Source of the DNA: Octopus vulgaris
Taxonomy: Eukaryota
DNA: 64,000 nt
Direction: 5' to 3'
NCBI GenBank assembly: GCA_951406725.2
Contig: OX597815.1
Span: forward strand, 171,926,001-171,990,000
Shown piece by piece: positions 14,481 through 27,002 of this stretch. The notes beneath the pieces were generated by a model. It did no database searches. It was given only the letters and a program-made list of their open reading frames with translations, and was not told where the DNA came from. The translations under genes were made by a program, and so were the position numbers. How positions within the stretch are numbered: the first letter of the stretch is position 1; the number at the start of each line of letters is the position of its first letter.

Positions 14481-15681
14481 TAGCAGCTTAGTAGCAAGTG
14501 ATCAGGTGACGTCTGGTTTTCTAAAGTTAGTGTTGCAAATGATTAAGTCATTTGCATCACAGAACGTCAAGAGCATTGGTTCTTCTTCATTCCTTGTATG
14601 ATATCAATGATCTTTATGTACACTAGAATAACCATTAAAGTGTTGCCCAGTATGTCCATTAAAGCCGTTAGTCAAGTAGGTCTTCAAATGAAAACTTAGA
14701 GAAATTATCCTTCTGCTCAAATGTCATTTCTGACTGTAGTTGATGTGCCAAAATCACTGTAGCTGACAATATGTATAGTCTTAACCACCTGCCAACAATA
14801 TGCTTCTCCCACCCACTCCAGAACAGTTACCCATCCAGAATAATTTTTAACCTGTGTATATAAAAATACACACGCACACACACCACAAATATACATATAT
14901 ACAACAGGCTTCTTTCAGTTTTCATCTACTAAATCCACTCGCAAGGCTTTGATCAGCCTGAAGCTATAGTTGAAGACACTTGCCCAAGATGCCACACAGT
15001 GGGATTGAACCCAGAACCATGTGATTGGGAAGCAAGCTTCTTAGCACAGAGCCACACCTGCGTCTATATATAAATTTTGTAATTGCTTGTAATTTATATT
15101 TTTCATTTTTTACTACCATTGCTTTATTTGGAATTTTTTATGAGTTATGTCTATTAGAATCTATAAGTTAATCAATATATGCTAAAAATACAATGGGATA
15201 TAAAACAATGTGAAACTTAACATGATCCAGCGGTGCTATCAAAGCTACTCACCTGATGACATATTGGCATACAGCTACTGTTGGATTATATTCATTTATA
15301 ATTATTTATATAATATTTTATGTAATAATATATGGAAAACTCATAAATAACAGTTGTTACCATTGCACAGAAACAATTGTTGTGATTGTGATTAAAGCCT
15401 TTTCATTCCATCTTTTTGTCTTATAAATTTTTTTAATAAATTCTGCATATACTAACAGAGTCCCACATGTGTATCCATTAAAAGCAGTAATCCTGCTATA
15501 TGATGGCATATGATTGCTGATAACTATGTAGGAATTTTGAAATGCATGTTATAATGTTATTATTCAGATTATATTAAATATATATATATTGGCTGAGGCA
15601 TTTCGATGCTAATAACCTGACATTAGAACTCAGTTTACATATGCTTCAGATTGAAGCATGAGTCAAGTACAGAATAGTAAT

Positions 15682-16222
15682 ATGAAATTGGGATGACAAA
15701 GAAATTAATAATTATGTTATGAACTTCATTAGCTTATGGCTGTTTCAGCTATAAGATGCAATGCACACATAATTGAGTGTTTGAGTGACACCCTCTAGCT
15801 TCATCAGAGCATTTGACATGAAGTGCAATTTATTTGAGAAAACATTTACAATTAATTAAATACACAGCAAGGCATTACCAATGAAAAATGCCTACACATA
15901 TCTAAGAAATGAAATTTAGGAGACTGAAGGAGAAGTATAGGTATGCACCTATCCTTATACACTTTTAAAAATTTATATTCTTATAATTCTGATAGGGGCC
16001 ACCCCATCAATTTTCTGAATTTCATTTCCTACATATCTGTATGCTTTTTCATTTTATAATGCTTTTCTGTGTATATACACATAAATGTAAATATTTTCCC
16101 AAATAAATTGCACTTCATATTTGAAGCTCCAATGCATTCAACTATGAGAGTGTTGCAGAAACAACTGTAAGCTCATGAAGTTCATAATATAATTGTTAAT
16201 TCCTTTGTAATCCTAACTTTAT
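15682..16222. mobile_element. Fold-back element (diverged inverted arms), Penelope-like relic
   Basis: About 15682-15845 is a diverged reverse complement of about 16090-16222. Contains a hammerhead motif. Confidence 0.7.
15732..15810 (-). ncRNA. Type I hammerhead ribozyme motif (stem III partly decayed)
   Basis: GCU CUGAUGA AGCUA...UAGCU GAAA CAGCCA UA AGC. The sister arm reads GAAACAACUGUAAGC. Confidence 0.7.
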
Positions 16223-16579
16223 GTATATCCACATATATATTGATGGTAGATTCTTGAATCCAAGAAAGATTGTTCTGCAATTTCTTGCTGAACTACCTAT
16301 ACAGATGATTTGTTTAAAGTTTACATTGTTGTACAGTTGCATGGTATGCCACTTAGCAGATGTCAAAGTGATCATAGAGCAATCTGAGATGAAGAACTTT
16401 CTTAAAAAACACAATTACCACTCTGTTTAAAAATAAAACCCACAATCTTGTAACCATGAGTACAACACTCTAACCTTTAGGTCACATCACCCTCACTATA
16501 CACACATACATACAAGCATTAAATTGGTTCACACACACATACATTCATTCATACTTACATTCATTCATACATACATTCA

Positions 16580-17555
16580 TAAAGAGAAACTGTGTACAGT
16601 TGTAGAAATTAGTTGCCCAGCAGATGTTAACATAAAGCCGAAGATCAGTGAAAAAGAGAATATCAGCACTGAACTATTGAGAAATCTGCAGTTGCTCTAT
16701 CCAGATTACAAATTCAGGTTTATAACTATAATTATTGGGGCCCTGGGATATGTAACACTGCCTAAATACCAATCTTGAGAAATTAGGTTTCTCAAAACCA
16801 GAAAAGAAGAAGCTGATTTGAAGACTATAGACCCAATCTCTCACTTGAACTAAAAATCTGTAAAACTTTCCAGAGGCTTACATTATTTACATTTGACGGA
16901 TATTTGTCCTCATCTTGTTTGTTGTTAACACGTTTCAGCTGATATACCCTCCAGCTTTCATCAGGTGTCTTGGGGAAATTTCATACCTGTGTTCTCATTC
17001 ATAAGGTATTTTTCGATGCTGTTGTTGTTGTTATAAGCCCTAAAGTTCTCTCCATAATTGCCCATGGGCATATGGCATAATGGTAAAGAGCACGGGCTCT
17101 TGTATAGTTTTACTGTTCAACTCTATAATATAATAATAATAATAACATTGAAAAATACCTTAGGAATGAGAACCCAGGTTTGAAATTTCCCCAAGACACC
17201 TGATAAAGGTTGAAGGGTATATCACCTAAAACGTGTTAACAACAAACAAGATGAGGACAAAGATCCATCAAATGTAAATAATGTACATAATTCCTCATCT
17301 CTTAAATATAGAACTGTATTTCCAGAGGTTTATCATTTAAATATATATGAGCATGTCTAGATATGCAACAATATTCATATGAATACATACATAAAACAAA
17401 GCATACAAATCTGCACATATATATATACATACATACATACAAAAAATTACCCTGTTGTTGATGCTGAAATTCCAATGAAGGAGCCTTGAATCTAGGTTAG
17501 AAACTGGCTCTTTCTCTATTGGCAAGAAATCTTGAAATAAAACTGAACAATGATA
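16580..17555 (+). pseudogene. 3' end of an RLE-type (R2/R4/NeSL-like) non-LTR retrotransposon, interrupted by a fold-back insertion
   Basis: KEKLCTVVEISCPADVNI..KISEKEN..LLRNLQLLYPDYKFRFITIIIGALGYV is a restriction-like endonuclease tail. Sequence resumes at about 17320. Confidence 0.75.
16880..17318. mobile_element. Fold-back Penelope-like relic with defective hammerhead
   Basis: Arms at about 16884-17015 and 17148-17283 are reverse complements. TTTCCAGAGG is duplicated on both flanks. CTGATGA-AGCTG..CAGCT-GAAAC on the minus strand at 16927-16968. Confidence 0.75.
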
Positions 17556-19749
17556 TACATACATAAATTTGTTCTCTCTCAGTTTTGTAAGTAAATACAT
17601 AACAGTCAGTCTGGATAAATTTTCAGAGAAAGAAATCAATCAACTGACTTGCACATCACAAATACATTTTATAAGTGGAACAGTAAAACTATACAAGACT
17701 TTTCTCAGGTTTAAAATGTGACATTATTTTCATTATCTACATTTCAACAGTGGAGCTTTGTATCTTTGTTAGAAACTAACTCCTTCTTCAAAGGAAGAAT
17801 TTAAATAATGAAAAGCAAAAGAACATGCATGCACACATGCACACAAAAATGCATATAAATGAATGAGTGTTACACTATGGAAGGGTAGCTAGAATTCTTA
17901 AGTAAGCTTATAAGCATGTGTTTTAATAAGCATGCTTGTTAAGGTCACTGTGAAAAGTGGATATCACAGGTTTTGTTTATTTTTTTCCCTCTGTTGCTAG
18001 GAATAAAAGTCCATAAGACTAGTTACCTTTGAAAAAAACCTGCTGTAAGTGATCCACTCTTTTCAAACAATTGCCATATTTTGGGAGGCATAGAGGTTGT
18101 TTATTTTCTGAATCCATAGAAAGCTTTAGGGTCAGACATACATTTCTTTTAACCTGACTTTTTCCTGTACTTCTCTCTGATTTTCTGAAAGGCACCTTAT
18201 TTTATTTTAAGTGTCCATGAGAGACATTTTTAACTGGTTCTTTTCTCTCTCACTCTTTTACTTATTAGGAAATTCCTTGGTTTATGACCTTTGTTCTTCA
18301 TCCTATGTGAATATTCCTGTCAATGTGTATGTCAGCCTCATTCATTGGGATGTGTTTATTGGACATGATAAAGAGAACACAACATACTTGTCTATTCACC
18401 ATTTTTGTTTGTAACAGACTGATTTGTATTTCAGATTTTCAGCTGTGGGTGTCATTTCTAGTTGTTAGGTCCTTTGGGTTGTTTTCAGTAGGTTGTAGGT
18501 TTGATTCTTGAATTGCATGATGTGTTAGAGCCTTCAGCAAATCACTTCATTTCATTTCATAGTTCTCCAGTTCACCTAGTTGAAAACATGTACCAGTTGT
18601 AGTTGGGGTTAACTCTATGGCAAAATGGCTTCTGGTTTAAAGAGGAGTCTTGTATTCTCAGTTAACTAAACACCTCAAAAAAAATCAGTTAAGCCCTGGC
18701 TTCATGAGACTGTAGGCATTATTAGAAATTAAAGTTTCCAATTTTGTTACTCCAAACTGATTTTCTAGTTTGTGTTTTATTTGTTTCTAATATTTGTATT
18801 ATATTTCATAACTGTGATATAATCTGTGAAATGTTTCTTCAATGAAATAAAAATATCTTTTTTAATAAACATATTTTTACAATCTAGTTCAAAATGTATG
18901 CTTGTATTTTGACAGTGTTGTTGGAGCCGCTTGCAAGAATTAGGGATGTGGTTGCTGTCACGTACATAGAGATTTAGAGTCTTGTATGATATTTTTATGA
19001 CCTTGGTGCTGCTTCTTTTTCTTTTGTATTGATCCTCTTAAGAGGATCTAATTTCAGAGAATGTATGTATATGTGTAAGTGAATGGAAGGATCTGTGTGT
19101 TGAATCAGTAATCATAGAAATGGTGTTCCAGTCAATATTGATGTAATGGCAGGGTTTTCCAACTTTGTGTTACATATCTGTCATTGAAACTCAATGATTG
19201 AGCAGGGACTTGAGTTTGACTGCATCATGCAACCTTGATTCCTATGAGCACAGATCGGTAGACAGTCAAATCAATACTAATATTTGGTTGGTACTTTATT
19301 TTATCAACCCTGGAAAGATGAAAAGCAAAATCAATCACAGTGGGATTTGAGCTTCTTAACCACTCAGCCATGCTCAAACCTTTGCTGATTTCATGTGTAC
19401 AAAAAAACACACAATGTTATGCTAATGTTGAACAAAGTATTATCTGATAAAGAACTCAATAGGAAAAGTAAAGCCAAATATAGAAATCTTTTATATCATC
19501 TTAAATTTTGACATTTATAAGATTTGTGGTGTGTCCTGGTTCATTCGGGTGAATTTGAAAGGTTAAGAGATAGGGCAAGTAGCTGATTACTCTTATAGAC
19601 TGTTAAAGAAATTCTGAGAGTGGTGGATAGGGGAAGTGAGGTATAACAAAAAGATAAGGAAAGGGAGGTTAAAGTTGATTGACTAAATAAGAAAGCTCAT
19701 TTCACCCTTTTATCGGCAAAATCAAATATCATGGTTATTCCAGTACTCA

Positions 19750-20470
19750 TCATCATTTAACGTCCATTGTCCATGTTGACAAGTCAGAAGGCTGCACCAG
19801 ACTCCAGTCTGATTTGGCATGGTTTCTATCACTGGATGTCCTTTCTAATGCCAACCACTCTGAGAGTGTAATGGTTGCTTTTACGTCCCACCAGCATGGG
19901 AATTATTTGTGACACCAGTATCTGCCATGACTGTGATTTTACTTGACTTGATGAGTCTTCTTTTCAAGCACAATATAATGCCAAAGGTCACAGTCATTGC
20001 CTCCATTAGGCCCAACACTCAAAAGGAGCTCAAACATTTTGCCTCTGTGAGACCCAATGCTTGAAAGGTGCTTTTTACATGCCATCAGCACAGGTGCCAG
20101 TTACATGATACCAGCATCAGCCATGAATACAATGTCACTTGGCTTGATGGGTCTTCTCAAGCACAGCTTTTCACCAAAGGTCTTGGTCACTAGTCATTGC
20201 CTCTGTGAGGCCCAAAGTTAGAAGATCATGCTTCACTACCTTGTCCCATGTCTTCCTGGGTCTACATCTATCACAGATTCCTTCCACAGTTAGAGATCAG
20301 CACTTTTTTACACAGCTGACCTCATCCATACACACCACATGACCATACCAGCACAGTCATCTCTCTTGCACACCACATCTGATGCCTCTTATGCCCAACT
20401 TTTCTTTCAAGATGCTTACACTCTGTCAAGCATGCACACTGACATTGCACATCCAGCAAAGCATACTGGC
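19750..20470 (-). mobile_element. RTE LINE 3' end with RTE-SINE-like tail
   Basis: Minus strand encodes LCWYGHVVCMDEVSCVKKC*SLTVEGICDR..PRKTWD. Same family as 63185-63750. Confidence 0.8.
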
Positions 20471-21268
20471 TCCATAAATTTAACCAAGACATAGAATTGG
20501 TATTTTCTGCAAGTCATGTTGCCTCAATAAACTAGACGGGTCTCAACAAAGAATAGTTTTAAACATGACATTCTTCATCAAAAGCTAGATTGGTATTTAA
20601 AACTGCTTTCCACAGTTATGAGTAATGAAATTTTAGTGAATATATGCATATTCATGTGTCACTGAATTTTAAAATTGGTCAACAAATGGTTCTGGGCTTA
20701 ATTAAAAACCAAAATTGTTTTTAGACCAAAAGGTAGATGTTGCCTGTCAGTCACTTGAGTTAGATTTTATGTTATTTATATTTTTTATAAAAGAAAAATG
20801 GCAAAGGTTGAAGTATTTTATCCTGACAAGTGACAAGCAGAATAAAAGCATTTGAGGAAATAATTTATGTAAAGTACATATGAAATTGATAATAGAGGTG
20901 ATTTGTTTGAACTACTAGTGTTATTATAGCAAGTTGATTATCAGTAATGTATGTTTTATTTTTTGGAAAATATTATAAGAATATAAGTTTATAGACTGAT
21001 GGCATAAAATGATAATTGAGTTTAATATAATAATGATTAGTTTGAAGTAAATTAATGGAGGCGGATGTTTAGAATTAGAATTATTACTAAATTATAAGAT
21101 TAAGCTAAGTTGTGTCGTAGTAACATTTGCTTCATAAGTACACAGTTTCAGGTTCCATTTTACTGTGTGGCACCTTGAGCAAGTGTCTTCTACTACAGCC
21201 TTGGGGTGATGAATGCTTTATGAGTGAACTTGGTTGATGGTAATAGAGAAAAAAATGCATGTAGGAGC

Positions 21269-21299
<31 letters not shown>

Positions 21300-21724
21300 G
21301 ATAGATAGATAGGTAGATAGATAGATATTAATTTGTTCATTTTACATTCATTTTTCCACCATGGGTTAGATGAATATGTTATTGAGACATTGCTTTATAG
21401 CTAGATGCTCTCCCTCTCACTGTCTTAGCTGTTTTTCAAGGAATCTCTCATTCCACATGGTTTGAAAGCCATGACATAAGTGGATGATATGTTCATAGAA
21501 CTGACAGCATCTTCATTCATATGCCAACTTTTGCAGGATCAAGTGCAAACATTAACACTCTGATACAGACATTCATGCACACATGTACATATACATACAT
21601 ACATACATACATACATGCATGCATGCATACATATACTATATGTAAATAATCAAGAAGTTCGCTTCCATTTGTGGTCCCTTTTGTTTTACTTGTAAATTTT
21701 TTGGTACCACCTTTTTCAATATAC

Positions 21725-22095
21725 TAGCCAATGCCACCTAACTGACACCCAAGCCAGTGGCATGTAAAAAGCACCATTTGATCATGGCTGTAAAAAGCAT
21801 CATTTGAGCATGGTCGGTGCCAGTGCCACCTGACTGGATCCCATGCTAGTGGCACGAAAAAGGCACATTTTGAGTGTGGTCGATGCCAATGCTGCTTGAC
21901 TGGCTCCCATACTGGTGGCCTGTAAATAGTACCTTTCGAGCATGGTCAATGCCAGTGCTGCCTGACTGGCCCCTGTACTTGTGGCATGTAAAAAGCACCC
22001 ACTAAATTCTTAGGGTGGTTGGCATTAGGAAGCCTTGCCAGATCACAAATCCATGCCAGCATGGAAAGTGAACATTAAACGATAATGATGATGAT
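21725..22095 (+). mobile_element. RTE-associated SINE with internal tandem units
   Basis: Repeated GTGGCATGTAAAAAGCACC units and a (GAT)n tail. Confidence 0.7.
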
Positions 22096-22149
22096 GCTTT
22101 ACACACACACACACATTAGGAAGAGAGAATGAACAAGCAAAATGTATCA

Positions 22150-22710
22150 TTTTAGAGTATGTAATTTATGATTCAAACATAATTGCAGAATAGTTATAGG
22201 GATTAAGAAATAATACATTAAAGTCTCTTACAGCTGTTTCTAGACTAGCTGAAGATGTGAAGCATGTGTCATTGAGTAAAGATTTCCATGTAAGCCAACT
22301 ATCCGTCTTCAGAGAGGGAACTAGTAACTAACTTCTATCTTTTATCAAGAATATTCCTTGGTTCGTCAACAATGGAACTGCTAACTGCTATTATCGTTTA
22401 CTAGAAATTTACTAGATTTTAATTTTTCAGTCATGTAACTGATAACCACTATTAATTTTCTCTAAGGATGTTTCTTAATTCTTCACTGAACTGGTAACCA
22501 CTAATGTCCTTATTAAAGATATTCAGTGATCCTTTCACTCCAAAGATGGAATAATTGACTTGCATGGAAACCTTTGCTCTATGACATATGTTCCACATGC
22601 TCAGCTATTCTAGAAACACTAGTAAGAGACTTTATTCAGTATTTCTTAATCTTTTATTTACTATAACCACTCTACAGTTATGTTTGAATGATAAATCACA
22701 TGCACTAAAG
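22150..22710. mobile_element. Fold-back element, Penelope-like relic
   Basis: About 22150-22320 is a diverged reverse complement of about 22530-22710. Confidence 0.75.
22225..22316 (-). ncRNA. Type I hammerhead ribozyme motif
   Basis: CUCU CUGAAGA [CGGAUAGUUG...CAGCUAGUCUA] GAAA CAGCUG UA AGAG. Palindromic stem III and a GUA site. Confidence 0.8.
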
Positions 22711-24439
22711 AAGCACTTTTAAAACTTTTTTCATCCCATTTGACCCCATTTTTCATCATGAGTTTTTGCAACCCCAGGTATTAAATATGCATTTGTGAAA
22801 TAACATATAAACTAAAATTCAAGTGTTTGAATTTAATTTTTGCGACCCATAGTTTAAGAAGCGCTGCTCTAAAGTAATACCACATCTTTTGCTTGTTCAT
22901 TCTCTCTTCCTAATATATATTTACCCACTCAATGATGAACCACTTATAGCCATCTTTCATAGGCAGCTAAAACACCACTATGGTTTTAGTTGCAGTTCAA
23001 ACTGGAATTTTAATGATAAACCAACCCAAGCACTTATAGTACATACCTATTACATTATGTCATTAGATAAAATTTTTTATATTATGTACTCTCTCTCTCT
23101 TTCTCTCCCTCCCCTCTCTCCCCTACTCTCTCTTTACCTGTCTATCTATTTATCTATCTATCTCTATATCTGTCCATATGTATGCATGCATGTATGTATG
23201 TATGTATGCATGCATGCACATATATATATATATATATATCCAGTTGAAAGGATTCATTAAGAATCAAGGCATATTAATATGTTGAATGTCACTGATTGGC
23301 TGGAAAGATCAAGCAGAGCAGACAGTGAAATAATCCATCATTGCACATACCAATTATTAAAAAATGGATACTGTTTTTGGGTAGTTCTCAATTCTACTTA
23401 GTTACCAATGATGCTGTTAATAGGGGAACTGTTGGTGTGACACAAATATAATGAATAATAGATGAAGGAAGTTTAAATCTATGACAATTGTTTCAATGGA
23501 AATCTCTATTTAATTTAGTCCATATAAATTATGATGTAATCTGTTATGATTGCATGAAAAACGATTTTTAGCAAAACAGTTGTCACACATTGAAACTCCA
23601 TTCTTCTGTTATTTATTTTGTGTATATACATATGTATATATCACCATCATCATCATTGTTTAACATCCCCTTTTCCCATGCTGATGTAGGTTGAACAGTG
23701 AAATGATCTGATGAGATAGAAGGCTGTGCTGTGTGCTATGTGCCATTGTCTGCTTTGGTATGGTGTCTATAGCTTGATGCACTTCCAAATGCCAACTGTT
23801 TCACTGAATATACTGGGTGCTTTTTTTTCATGGCACAAGCACAAGTGAGGTCATCAAGTACGTACAAGACCCCCACAAGTGAGTGGGGTATAATATTGAG
23901 GGATATGAAAGTAAAATAGGGAGACAAGAGCAGGTATCTTGCTGAAAAGGTGAATACATGGCTTCCCCATATATATGATATTATATAATTGTAGATTTTC
24001 CATGACTTTCAGCTGTGAAACCAGAATCAGTGTGTAGTGAAAACAGAAACTGAGGAGTTGGAACTGGGACCAGGGGGACTATCACACAAGTTCTGAAGAG
24101 CCACTGTATGTGTATTCGGTGTTAAAGGAGAATGGAGGACCTGGAAAATATATTAATGTGATTGTATATTTTCTTCTTATATTAGGGTATTTCATGGCAA
24201 ATGCAGAAGAGATGTGTGCCCTGGCAAGACGTATGATTCGTCTTTATCAAGTAAACGGCTAAAAGTGAGAGTAAGGGTCAAAGAGAGAGGGGTGGAGAGA
24301 GAAATAACTGTACAGAGTAGCTGTTCTTTACATGGCAGCACAACCATGTGAAATATAGTCAAGTAGAGTAGTAGTGGCATTTAAAAATAAATTCACTAAA
24401 CACATATTTTTATTGTCAAGTAATGTTTTATTCAGTTGC

Positions 24440-25570
24440 CAGCAGTTTCATATTTTTTGCTTCAAGCTATTTTCCTAAGAAACTCATTGTTAATTTAAAT
24501 TTTGTCATAGCATTCTGTGCAGTTTAGTGAGATCATCATCATCATCACCGTTTAACGTCCGCTTTCCATCCTGGCATGGGTTGGACGATTTTGACTGAGG
24601 GCTGGCAAACCAGATGGCTGCACCAGGCTCCAATCTTGATCTGGCAGAGTTTCTACTGATGGATGCCCTTCCTAATGCCAACCACTCTGAGAGTGTAGTG
24701 GGTGCTTTTTGCATGTCACCGGCACGGGGGCCAGTCAGGCGATACTGGCAATGACCTCGCTTGAATCTTTTTACACATGCCACCGGCACAGGTGCCAGTA
24801 AGGCAATGCTTGTAAGGATCACGCTTGAATGGTGCCCTTTTACATGCCAGTTAGCCGCTCTGGCAATGATCACGCTTGGATGGTGCTCTTGGCACCCTAC
24901 AAGCACGGGCACAAGTGCCAGTAAGGTGACGCTGGTAATGATCACACTCGAATGGTGCCTTTTATGTGCCACTGGCATAGAAGCCGGTTAGCCGCTCTGT
25001 CAACGACCACACTCGTATGGTGCTCTTTGCACCCCGCTAGCACAGATGCCAGTCATCAAATTTGATTTTGATTGAGATGTTTATTTTAATCGTGAGAAGA
25101 CCCCCAACTGCAGCTTCTACTATATTTCCCACCTTTACTGACCACATATAATATCATTAAAGAAAACACTCCTTCAACCTATACAGAAGTACCAAGAAGA
25201 CAGATTTTGTTTATATTAGCATGTGCTTTGCCTTGCAATGAGCAAATATGCCACTTTTCCTCAAAGTTTAAGTCTAGTGTAAACTCAAATTTATGCCTTA
25301 GAAAGCAAAAAGCTCTTTGCTATAACGACCTCATCAAATAATTGATCGATGTTTGCTACTTGTTTCCTATGCTTAATTGCAAACTGCTTAACACAACACC
25401 AAAATATTTCCAGAAAATAAATACAATCTTCTGCATGTTCAAAGTTCTTTTTCCACAGATTTTGATATAAGAGACATGTCTCATAAAAATAAAAAAAATT
25501 TTTTCCTCTTTTTAATTCTTTCACAATTTTCTACAAGTTTTTTCAGCAAGACCTTTGCACATTCAGGTAC
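24440..25570 (-). pseudogene. Decayed hAT-type transposase C-terminus, split by a SINE
   Basis: NIDQLFDEVVIAKSFL...EEKW...CLLGTSV*VEGVF matches the hAT dimerisation motif LPGTSAxVERxFS. It continues past the SINE as LNCTECYDKI*INNEFLRKIA*SKKY. Confidence 0.6.
24530..25075 (-). mobile_element. RTE-associated SINE with internal tandem units
   Basis: (CAT)n tail, about five GCCAGT..GGC..GCT units, and TGAGAT on both flanks. Confidence 0.85.
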
Positions 25571-25652
25571 TAATTCACATTTTCTTTTCACTGTTTTGCA
25601 CATAGATATATTTGTGTGTGTGTCAGATTTCTGTAACAGAATGCAATAAAGT

Positions 25653-25750
25653 GTTCCCCTGATGATAATTTGTGGTTAGACGTATGAATGCACTTTGAAC
25701 ATCCAACGATGAGTTCCAATTAACTGCAATGATGAAATGTATGTAGGAAC
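25653..25750 (+). ncRNA. Type I hammerhead ribozyme motif, partly decayed
   Basis: GUUCCC CUGAUGA ...GUGGUUA...UAACUGC... GAAA UGUAUG UA GGAAC. Confidence 0.6.
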
Positions 25751-26086
25751 TAATATTAAATACAAGTTTGTGTTTATCTTAATTCTCCCCTACATATACT
25801 CTGTATATCATAATTAGTAACACTGCTAAATACAGTGGTAGATCAACTGCTATGCTTAAGCTGACTGGTTAATGATAATCTACATACAACACTTAGAGTA
25901 GTAGTTCTAACACTTAGAGTAGTAGTACATCTAACTGTGCAAACAATGTGTGTGTGTGTGTACACGCGCATGCATGTGTTTGTGTATATGTTTGTATGTG
26001 TATATATGTGTGTAAATTTTGAGGGTAAAAAATTAAAATAATTTATTACCAGTGGTTCGCATCCTTAATAAAAGTCATAACATATT

Positions 26087-26860
26087 TTTATATATAAGAG
26101 TGTATAAAGATTTATACACAGAGAAGACCCTTAACAGGACTTCTTACATGCTAAAAAGGGCAGTTAAACCTAAACCATGAAAAAATAATTCTTAAGGCAC
26201 GCTGTTAAATGGCACTAGAATGAACAAAATAAAAAAAATTAGTTAATCCTCTACTTGAGTTTCGCTATTAATGACCAAAATAAATTAATTTGGCATTTGT
26301 ACTTCTTCAGTGGGATCACTAAAGAATGCATAATTATGTAGCTTTTAATACGTACCAAAAACGCATGCACAAGACAGCTCCATCTTTATACATTATAGAT
26401 TCAAATTTAGTGTGCTAGCATAGTCAGATAGCCCAGCAATAAATAAATTTAAACTGTGAACTATATACATTATTTACATTATTTACATTTGACGGATATT
26501 TGTCCTCATCTTGTTTGTTGTTAACATGTCCTCATCTTTGTTGCTAATATGGCCTCAGAATTGGAATGTATAAAGATGGAGCTGTCTTGCACACATGTTT
26601 TTGGTACATATTAATGCTACATAATTATACATTTTTTAGCAATCCCACTAAAGAAGAACTACAGATGCCAAATTAATTTATTTTGGTCATTAATAGCAAA
26701 ACTCGTATGGGGTTAACTAATTTTTTATTTTGTTCATTCTAGTGCCATTTAACAGCATGCATTCAAAATAATCTTTTCATGGTCTACGTTTAACTGCCCT
26801 TTTTAGTATGTAAGAAGTCCTATCAAGGGTTTTCTCTCTGTGTATAAATCTTTATACACT

Positions 26861-26870
<10 letters not shown>
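26087..26870. mobile_element. Large fold-back element (arms about 310 bp), Penelope-like relic
   Basis: About 26087-26395 is the reverse complement of about 26565-26870. The spacer holds a piece of the 16880 family. Confidence 0.85.
26246..26316 (-). ncRNA. Type I hammerhead ribozyme motif (both arms carry mutations)
   Basis: AUCCCA CUGAAGA...UAGC GAAA CUCAAG UA GAGGAU. The other arm (26642-26714, +) ends CUCG UA UGGGGU. Confidence 0.65.
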
Positions 26871-26901
<31 letters not shown>

Positions 26902-26963
26902 GTGTGTGTGTATGTGTGTGCATATATGTATGCATGTTTGTATGCATATTAATATATATGTAT

Positions 26964-27002
<39 letters not shown>

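Noticed and set aside
17470-17515. CAATGAAGGAGCC..AGGTTAGAAACTGGCTC resembling a hammerhead
   Set aside because: Core is not CUGANGA and there is no stem I. More likely a 3' UTR hairpin of the RLE element.
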